In this document: positions 12,455-20,000 of the stretch, piece by piece
Layout: each line of letters begins with the position of its first letter
Position numbering within the stretch: the first letter of the stretch is position 1
Assembly: GCA_023231475.1 (NCBI GenBank)
Contig: JALJEE010002679.1
Location: 57,199-77,198 of the forward strand
Direction: 5' to 3'
DNA from: Seison nebaliae
Taxonomy: Eukaryota
DNA length: 20,000 nucleotides
Notes under the pieces: generated by a model
The model's input: the letters and a program-made list of their open reading frames with translations, nothing else
Databases searched by the model: none
Told to the model about the DNA's origin: nothing
Translations under genes and position numbers: made by a program

Positions 12455-14245
12455 TTATTTGATATTATTCATTTTTTTCTTATAAGCACGTTTATTCATT
12501 TTGGATGCGACTGATGGAGTTACCGAATGTCCCGTGTCTTTAATATGTCCAAAAAGTTGATTTCGACTCTCGAACAATTGATAGCAAATTCCACATTGAA
12601 GTGATTTGACTATATCAGACGATTTTTCTAATATTTCTTCTTTATGAGAAATTAATTTTGCCTTTTTATTTTGTTGACGTCTTTGTCGGTTACTTATTTT
12701 CGGTTCGTTATTCGATTCTTCCACTTCTTCTTCATCTTCTTCTTCATCTTCTTCTTTCTCTTTTATTTCTTCCACTTCTGATTTTTTAGCAACATCATTT
12801 GTTGTAATTGTTGTTGTTGTTGTTGAATTATTAGTTTGATTGTCAGTAGTTATAGTTTTCTCATTAATTAATCCTTTTTTCATCATCATCTTCAAATTTT
12901 TCGAATGTTTCTTCGATGACAAATGACTCTGTAATCTAAAATAATTTACATGAAACTCCAAAACAATAACAAAATTAACGCTCCATCACTTTTGAACGGA
13001 ATGTGACATATATCGCAAAAATAATTTTCAATTTCTAATTCCTTCAACTTCTCTTCCACTTTCTCTACGACACTCTCTTCTTCTGTCGTGTCATTAGATT
13101 TGAAAAGTTTCATATAATTTTTTGCTTCAACTTTCTCTTCTTCTGTCAAATAATTCATTTCCAATTCCATCAATTTATCATCGAATTCTTCCCATTCTGC
13201 ATAATTCTGTTCGATTTCTTTTTCTTGCATTTCTTCGATATTTCTGTCAAAATATAAATTTCTTCTTCTCTCCACAACTAATTCATAATTAACTTTATTT
13301 TCATTTTTTCTTGTTCTTCCTTCCGTTGTCTTCGCTTCACTTCTTCTTCCTCTTTCAATTTCTCCATTTTCTCCAAATAATTTCGTCTTCTCGGATCTTT
13401 CTTACCTACAAACTTCACCAATTCCTTCAATCCAATGATCATAATAATTATTGTCAATGTAAAAAATTTACTATAATTTTTTTCGTTCTCTTATTTCGAG
13501 CGGCGTCTCGAGTTCTTTTATTTTCCTGAAGTATCAGTCGTCTCTCCAGTCGATTTCTTGCTGTCCTCTCGTCATACATGTCTGCCCATCCACATGTTTG
13601 TGGACAACGATAATTCAACCAGAAATTATAGAATTCCTGTATTTTCTAAATAATTCCAACAATTGTCTATTCAAGTAAAAAGGAAAAAATACGAACTGGA
13701 ATATATTCGCAATTTCCATCTTGAAATTTCGGATAGATGATATCGATAAACATTGAATCTTCTTTCTCCAATTTGACGAATAATTCTTCGAAAATGTCAA
13801 AAAAATTCTTTCAGAAATAATTTTATAAGAAATGTCGAAAAATTTTAAAAGAAACATTTTTATTTCTTGTATCGAATGAATTGAAGCAATTATTTCGGAA
13901 ATATGAGGATAAATCAATATTGGGATCTTGAAACAATTGAACGTCGTCAACACCATCACTCTTGAGAATATCTTCTCGATGATCGTCGTACCATTTCCTT
14001 TTATTCACATCCATCAACGTATCATGTGCCAATTGACATTTAAGGAAAAGTTTTCCAGTTTCCTCTTTCACTTCGTCATCTGCGTCGACATTTTTATCTG
14101 AAAATTTGATTGAATTGAAAATCCTGGTGATTATTCCAACAAAACCTGGATGTAATAACAACGCTTTCTGTCGATAAGCTCGTTTAATTTCTTCATTTGT
14201 TGCATTCCGATTGACACCTAACAAATTATAATAACAATTCTCCAT
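12455..14245 (-). CDS. DNAJC21: DnaJ homolog subfamily C member 21 (Jjj1-like), ~500 aa; exons 14245-14146, 14097-13856, 13807-13697, 13645-13472, 13424-13294, 13243-12980, 12935-12455
   Basis: J domain CYYNLLGV...IKRAYRQKALLLHP|DKN...KRKWYDDHREDIL, with HPD restored by a 48-nt intron. Middle region EFYNFWLNY...W...YD.R.ARNRLERR...ENKRTRD.AR...ELVKFV.KKDPR. Zinc fingers CDICHIPFKSDGALQSHLSSKKH and CGICYQLFESRNQLFGHIKDTGH. Six GT-AG introns (48, 48, 51, 47, 50, 44 nt); exon sum 1503 nt. Confidence 0.93.
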
Positions 14246-14288
14246 TCGCCAAATGGAAATATTCTAATAAGAAAATGGAAATTAAATT

Positions 14289-15578
14289 TTATTCATTAAA
14301 TTTCCAGAAACAGATTAATCGATCAAGTGATCCGACTGAAACGAATTCGTTCCTCGTCGGATGAATGGAAATAGACGAGATGTGATTAACATCAAGAAAA
14401 TCGGAATCTCCAGTGTTAGTTCCTTCTTCGCCGAATTCCGGATTTACACGTCTTTCTAAACTTCGTTTAATTGAAGAATCGATTTTCTCACTAATTTTCT
14501 TAATATGAAATTGGAATCTATCGATCAGTTCTAATCGATCATCCATCTCTTTCAACTGAATAATTAGTCCATCATTCGTTCCACAAAAAATGTGATTATT
14601 CTTCGAAACTAAACAAGAAATTCCTGTTTCTTTTTCAATAATTTTTTCAATTTTTCCTCGAGAAAATTTTAGGGAATTCCTCTCCAATTCAAACGAAACA
14701 TAATGACATTTCTGCAAAGCGAATGCGAAAATTCTGATGAAATTATCTTGTTCTGATATGAAAATTTTTGATGGTAATTCTTCTAAATTTCCAAAATCGA
14801 TTTGTCTCACAGCCATTGAACGGATGAAACCATTCTGATCGAACACAATACATGTTCCATTCTCATAACAAGCGATTAATAAAGAGATTGATGACAAATA
14901 TTTCATATCGATTAACATTCCGAAATTGGATAAATTCTCTTGTTCATTCGTTGGACGGAATTGTGCCAATGAATTATTATCGAAATTGATATGATAATTT
15001 TCCAGAAAACTGTCATTGTCAATTTGAAATTGAACAATTTCATTTTGTCTCTTTGGAATGAATAGACGTGAAATATCTTTCTCATAAACTAAAGTCGTAT
15101 AATTGGATTTGTTGAGATAAGTCGATTTTTTATTCGTCACTAATAACGGTAACGATTCTTTCAATTCTTTCAAAAATTTTCGATTTATTCCACGAGATGA
15201 AAACTTCTCGATCTTCTCCAGAATTTCATGATTCAAATTAATAAAATAAAATGTTCCATCTTTTAAATAGACGACGATATTTTTCTCATTCCATTCGATC
15301 AATGACGAAATTATCAACGAAGCTTTCTTTCCATCTATTGCACATGAAACGTATGATATTAAATCCATTCTCCAAACGACAATATTGGTGAGTGAATGTA
15401 TCATCTCCAATTCAGCTGCATTCTTCTGTCCATTCACATCTCCCTCACATAAATCATCTTCGGCACTCGAGTAGCCGATAAATAGAAATCCTTCATGTTC
15501 CACAGAATACTGAACGAAAGATACACTCTTATTATTTCTCGTCCATTTGTTCATCGTCCCAAACGGGATTTTATCCAT
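14289..15578 (-). CDS. GNB1L: Intronless divergent WD40 protein, most like GNB1L/Asa1 (PIKK/TTT co-chaperone pathway), 429 aa
   Basis: FGMLIDM...LLIACYENGTCIVFD resembles the GNB1L/Asa1 motif GMxMxL...LLAGYEDGSVxLWD. Also GISCL...CGTNDGLI, FQFH, and a terminal blade ISSISIHP...VSVGSLDRLICFWKF. WD40 nature is secure; orthology is less so. Confidence 0.65.
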   Translation of the reverse strand: MDKIPFGTMNKWTRNNKSVSFVQYSVEHEGFLFIGYSSAEDDLCEGDVNGQKNAAELEMIHSLTNIVVWRMDLISYVSCAIDGKKASLIISSLIEWNEKNIVVYLKDGTFYFINLNHEILEKIEKFSSRGINRKFLKELKESLPLLVTNKKSTYLNKSNYTTLVYEKDISRLFIPKRQNEIVQFQIDNDSFLENYHINFDNNSLAQFRPTNEQENLSNFGMLIDMKYLSSISLLIACYENGTCIVFDQNGFIRSMAVRQIDFGNLEELPSKIFISEQDNFIRIFAFALQKCHYVSFELERNSLKFSRGKIEKIIEKETGISCLVSKNNHIFCGTNDGLIIQLKEMDDRLELIDRFQFHIKKISEKIDSSIKRSLERRVNPEFGEEGTNTGDSDFLDVNHISSISIHPTRNEFVSVGSLDRLICFWKFNE

Positions 15579-15697
15579 TCCTCAAATTAAAGTACAAAAA
15601 AATTCTGAAAATGGAAAAAATTTTTTTTCTTAATTTTTCTTTTTTTTTTACTAATAACAAACTAAATGAAATTGGTAAAGAAATATATTAATAAGAA

Positions 15698-15948
15698 TTA
15701 TGTTCGTCTCTTGAATAATTGTTCTTCGATGTTCTGAATTTTATCTTTCTAAAAAAAAGAATAGAAATAGATGGATGAAGATGAATAAAAAATCGAACAA
15801 CATTATCTTCCTCAGTTGGATAATGTCTTTTCCTTTGTGATGTCATCCAATCGCTATGGAGATCGGGTCTCGTAAAAATATAGAAACAGACGACGGGAAA
15901 AGTGATGTAGACACCCATGCGGAATACTTCCAAATGCCAGGAACCCAT
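15698..15948 (-). CDS. PET100: PET100 cytochrome c oxidase assembly factor, ~66 aa; exons 15948-15799 and 15748-15698
   Basis: MGSWHLEVFRMGVYITFPVVCFYIF...QRKRHYP matches the PET100 N-terminus (LEIFRMxxYxTFPV). A 50-nt GTT..TAG intron (alternative donor 3 nt upstream, same phase) yields the C-terminus KDKIQNIEEQLFKRRT*. Confidence 0.9.
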
Positions 15949-16141
15949 TATGCGGAATTGAATAATATAATTAAATGCTTTAAATTTAAGAAGAAATTTT
16001 TAAATTCAAAAAAATTATATTAAATCCCAATTTAGATAGTTGACAATTTGAAATTTTTAGTCTTGACATTAATTTTCATTTATTCTCAAAATGAAATTCT
16101 AAAATTGTTCTTCTTATCCATCATCTGTCCATCAACCAAAG
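15949..16141. promoter_or_regulatory. Putative bidirectional promoter between PET100 and CLP1
   Basis: Only 193 nt of very AT-rich DNA separate the two divergent ATGs. Confidence 0.55.
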
Positions 16142-17951
16142 ATGACCTCAAGAACATTTAAAAATGTTTTTTTCCTAATTGTTCCATAATTCTGATGATT
16201 CTGATTATTCGAAATTTGAGGAAGTGATTCGATTGCACAAATTACAAGAATTCCGCTTAGAAACCCTTCCCAATGAGATTCTGACGGTGAAAGTTGAATT
16301 TCTTTTGAAATATTAAATGAAAAAATTTAGTTGATAGTTGACAAATGGTCGTGCAGAAATTTTCGGGGCGGAATTATCGCCACAAATCGAATACCGTTTT
16401 AGTGGAAAGAAGAAATTTGCAATTTTTACTTTTAAAAACGCCGAGTTATTTTCCGTCACAACTCAATTATATTCATTGGCAATCATTCCATTCGTTTAGA
16501 TTATTGATAGATGGATGTGCATATATCGGATATTGTGGTAATACGGAAACGGTAATGATCGAATATTATAATATGCATTGCGCAATTAACGAACTGAGAG
16601 AGATAGCAATGCGACATCGAAGTCCTGGTCCTCGTGTTTTGATCGTGGGGTCTCCGAAAGTTGGGAAGTCAAGTCTCGCTCGAATGTTATGCAATTGGGC
16701 CGTACGGAAATTATGGAGACCGATGTATATTCAATTAGATGTCACTCAAAATGAGCTTGCTATTCCTGGCACAATCGGTTTCCATCATTTATAATGAGTA
16801 AATGAAATTATTATTATGTAAATAAAATATTTTAGGTGCAAGTGTCATGTCAAATATTATTCGATGGGATGAAGATATTAGTGAGAAGACGGTGCCTTAT
16901 ATTATGCATTTTGGATATAAGAACATTTCAGATCGACCTCAATTATTCAAACATCAAATGAAAAAATTATCCGAATATGTTATGGCAAGAATAGAGATTG
17001 ATGATAATTGTTCTCTCAATTCTATTCTTATAAATTAATCGATTATCTTCTTAAGCATTACATAGTGGAATTATCATCGATACATTTTCGACGATACATG
17101 GTGAAAATTCAGATATTCCATCTATTATTGAAATCTTCAAAAGTTTACTTAAATTTTATTCAATTTCAATTTCTTCACTTTTATCCATTTTCAATTCCTT
17201 CACTTTTCTCTATTTTAAACTTGTTCACATTTTTTCTTTTAGTTGATATTATTCTGGTGATTGAGAACGAATTCCTGTTTTCTGAACTCAATCGACAAGT
17301 GAAGAAACCAGCTCGTTGTTTTAATATTCAGAAATCTCGAGGAGTTACTTATTTTTTTTTTCAAATTCTTTTTTCAACATTCTTAATAGATTACTACTGT
17401 TATGAGTAATATAGCTGACATACGAAATGGATTGATAAGGAATTATTTTTATGGGATTGATCGAAAGTTCTCGCCAATCAATGAGATCATTGAATTTAAA
17501 GATATCGACATTTATCAAATTGGAGGTTCGATTGTTATTATACAAATGAATTAATTAAACATGTTTCAGGATATAACGTGAATATTCATGCGATGCCATT
17601 TGGTTATGATAAAAGTAAAGCAGATCTAGATGTTGAACGTGTCAAACCAGGTTCTTTCACCAACACTTTCAATTTCTCCAATTTTATTTAAATAGATACG
17701 TCATTGAAGAATAAGATATTGGCAATAAGTCAAGCATCGAACGAAGACGCTTTATTAGAAGTGGGTGTATATGGATTTGTTTTGGTGTTAGTCTTTATTT
17801 GAAATGAGTCGAAAGGTAATACAAATTTTTTGGTTATAGGAAAGGAGTTAATATGGAGAAGAAACAAATTATATTAATGAAGCCCACCGACAAAGAGATT
17901 CCGTCGAAAGCTTTAATAATTCTCGATTTAACTTTCATTGATGATCAATAA
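16142..17951 (+). CDS. CLP1: CLP1 polyribonucleotide 5'-OH kinase family / cleavage factor II subunit, ~420 aa; exons 16142-16165, 16221-16292, 16338-16444, 16500-16777, 16836-17009, 17056-17142, 17243-17343, 17390-17525, 17570-17650, 17696-17786, 17840-17951
   Basis: Spliced product contains EFRLE, LTNGRAEIFGAEL, FAIFTF, GPRVLIVGSPKVGKSSLARMLCNWAVR (Walker A), YIQLDVTQNELAIPGTIGA, HFG, SGIIIDT, IRNYFYG, MPFG, VYGFVLV and LTFID, colinear with CLP1 throughout. Ten GT-AG introns; exon sum 1263 nt. Exon 1 is the least certain. Confidence 0.93.
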
Positions 17952-18001
17952 TTCTCTCTTGTTTCCCCAATTGATATGAATAATTTCTTTCATGGTCTCA
18001 T

Positions 18002-19204
18002 TTAAAATGAATAATTCTCTTTCATATAAAAGATGGCGGTGGAGAGTGCTGAGATGATTATGTTGTCATTAAATCGTCGAGGTAGTACATGCTCGATGAT
18101 AGCCATGAAGAGTGCTAAAGAAAAGGATTGAATTAATTGGAAATTCCTATCAAATAAATAATAAATCGTCAATTCTGATAGAAGAAATGTGAGTGATCCT
18201 ACAATGGTGCGATTAGTTCTTGATTTCCATCCACCGAATCGTCCACCGATTATCGAAGCTAAACTATCACTAATGCCGATCGTTAATGTTGGAATGATTG
18301 CGGAACGGCGTAGAAATCTCCTGGGAAAGGCGAGAGCAAATAAAAGACTAAAATGCGAAATGAGAATATTTTCCCCATCTTTCGATCGATTAGTGAATGA
18401 TCGAAGGAATTGATTGAGATCATTCGTATAATTTGTGCCATATCGATAGATCTAATTTGAAAAGATGAAATTTCAAAATATAAATGAGAATGAGAACTTC
18501 CACTAAAATGAATATTTCGAATAGACTAATGGTCGATAAGAGTCTTGTCGCATATCCATTATTTCCCGTGAGAACTACGAGAGAAAGTGCTAAATGGAAA
18601 ATTTTCCTTCTACTATTCATCGACCAATCATTACGATAACCATACATCGTTATCATTCCACAAACCACAGTGATGACGGGCCATAAATAAATGAAATCCA
18701 GTTCAAAATAAAGTTTCTCAAAAGTATTCTCCAAGAACTTCCCCAATACATTCCAATTAGACAATTCTTTGATGAAGATGTAAATAAGAAACATCGAAGG
18801 GAAATATCTCAATTTGGAATGAACGAGTTGTACGGCCAGAATGAAGAGATAGTTAATTATCATCGTTTTAGTACAATATATCTAGAACATATTAATGAAC
18901 ATATTAAATCTAGAATTATAAAGATAACAATTTAACTAACGATCAATTGATGATTCCAAGATGATGGTTCAACACCATCATTCACCGTCACCATCGAATA
19001 GATGAAAATTGAAACTATGAAACTTTCGATCAATTTAAAAGTTTTTCCAAATGATCTTTTCAGATTGTACATGGTAAGTAAAATGAATAATATTCTCTCA
19101 TATATCAAATACAAATCATCTTGTTCTGCCAATTTCAGGAAATGTCTCGCGTATACCACTCGCGCAGGAAATACGATTAACATGGAACATTGATATATAT
19201 CCAT
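18002..19204 (-). CDS. DOLK: Dolichol kinase (SEC59/DOLK), ~365 aa; exons 19204-18941, 18881-18498, 18451-18002
   Basis: Polytopic membrane protein with RRKIFHL, FILVE|IYR, FLRSF...KDGENILISHFSLL, GISDSLASIIGGRFGGWK...RTIVGS, IIEH and NDNII, the CTP-dependent polyprenol kinase motifs. Introns are 59 and 46 nt; exon sum 1098 nt. Confidence 0.85.
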
Positions 19205-20000
19205 TGTTCGTCTAAATCATCAAGTTCATTATAATTGATAAAATATCTAATTTAAATAAAAGAAAGTTCAAAATTTCATTAATCAATTATAAAACTATCA
19301 TACGTCAATAAAATTTACTTTCATCGAATTATTTTACATGTGGAAAATATTTGAAACCTAAAATTTCGTGTAACTATCTAAAATGTTTGTTCAAAAAAGT
19401 ATATAGAATTTATTTTCCAGAATCAAAATCGTTTGGTTCCTAGTTAGCAATAACTAAATAAAAAATTATAGACATATATTTAAAATTTTTATGTCAAAAA
19501 ATCTGGAACATTTCGCTCGATAAAATTTTGTTTGTTTTCCATTTTTTTTTCAAATTTTTCGCTCAAAATCCGAATCAAATTCTATCTAACAATAAATCAA
19601 TCCTAATTATTGACAAATTGTAACTACGTTCTTATCCTCAAAGATTAGTGTTTGTCGTACTATTTTCACTGATGTTAATGTTAGAAATTGAGAAAGTAAA
19701 ACAACGGCTATATATCATCCTAAAAATTTTCTTAGGTTCTGTTCTATTCTACATAATAGTGATGTTGATACGAAGTGCGAAGGGAAATTAATTTTGTGGT
19801 TTCCCTTTTAATAATTGAAAAATTCCAGACATTTCCCCTTCGCAGCTATACATACTCCTACTTCGCGAAGGTGAAACGAAGTGAAGGAAAGAATAGGAGA
19901 AAAAAAGGGACGGCGAAGGAGTATTTTTTTGAAAGTTCTTTTGGTAAAAGCCTGTTTGAACGACATAAAAAAAAATTTTTTTTTTCCTAAAAATAAACGT

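Noticed and set aside
16713..16728. WRPMY peptide resembling the missing Runx WRPY
   Set aside because: It lies inside a CLP1 exon and corresponds to the conserved RRPTY segment.
7392..19204. Alternative genetic code or stop readthrough to explain the fragmented ORFs
   Set aside because: All breaks are resolved by GT-AG introns under the standard code.
16031..19382. 11-mer TTTAGATAGTT upstream of CLP1 (16031-16041) and, inverted, upstream of DOLK (19372-19382)
   Set aside because: An AT-rich 11-mer match is near chance level with only two instances.
1..20000. CRISPR array, tRNA, rRNA or intact mobile element
   Set aside because: None seen; the sequence is eukaryotic with no spaced repeats, cloverleaf or transposase/RT ORF.

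Overview
AT-rich eukaryotic (animal) DNA from a compact genome with very short introns. A small spiralian such as a seisonid rotifer is my guess only and cannot be established from this window. Positions 1-7390 hold no supportable gene, only microsatellites and possibly decayed coding fragments. They lie upstream of a very large, divergent Runx gene (7392-11288, +, 2 exons, ~1279 aa). The right half is a tightly packed housekeeping cluster: DNAJC21 (-, 7 exons), an intronless GNB1L/Asa1-like WD40 gene (-), PET100 (-, 2 exons), CLP1 (+, 11 exons) and dolichol kinase (-, 3 exons). Main observations: (1) 19 of the 20 introns I reconstructed begin GTT and none begins GTAAG/GTGAG, and 19 of 20 are 44-59 nt, pointing to an atypical splicing code. 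(2) PET100, GNB1L-like and DNAJC21 are co-oriented with only 119 and 43 nt between CDSs and share an acceptor-like motif, making them a candidate trans-spliced operon. (3) The Runx has a ~690-aa N-terminal extension and no WRPY motif. (4) CLP1 has lost its clasp motif and most lid arginines. All gene models are manual, based on reading frames and remembered family motifs.
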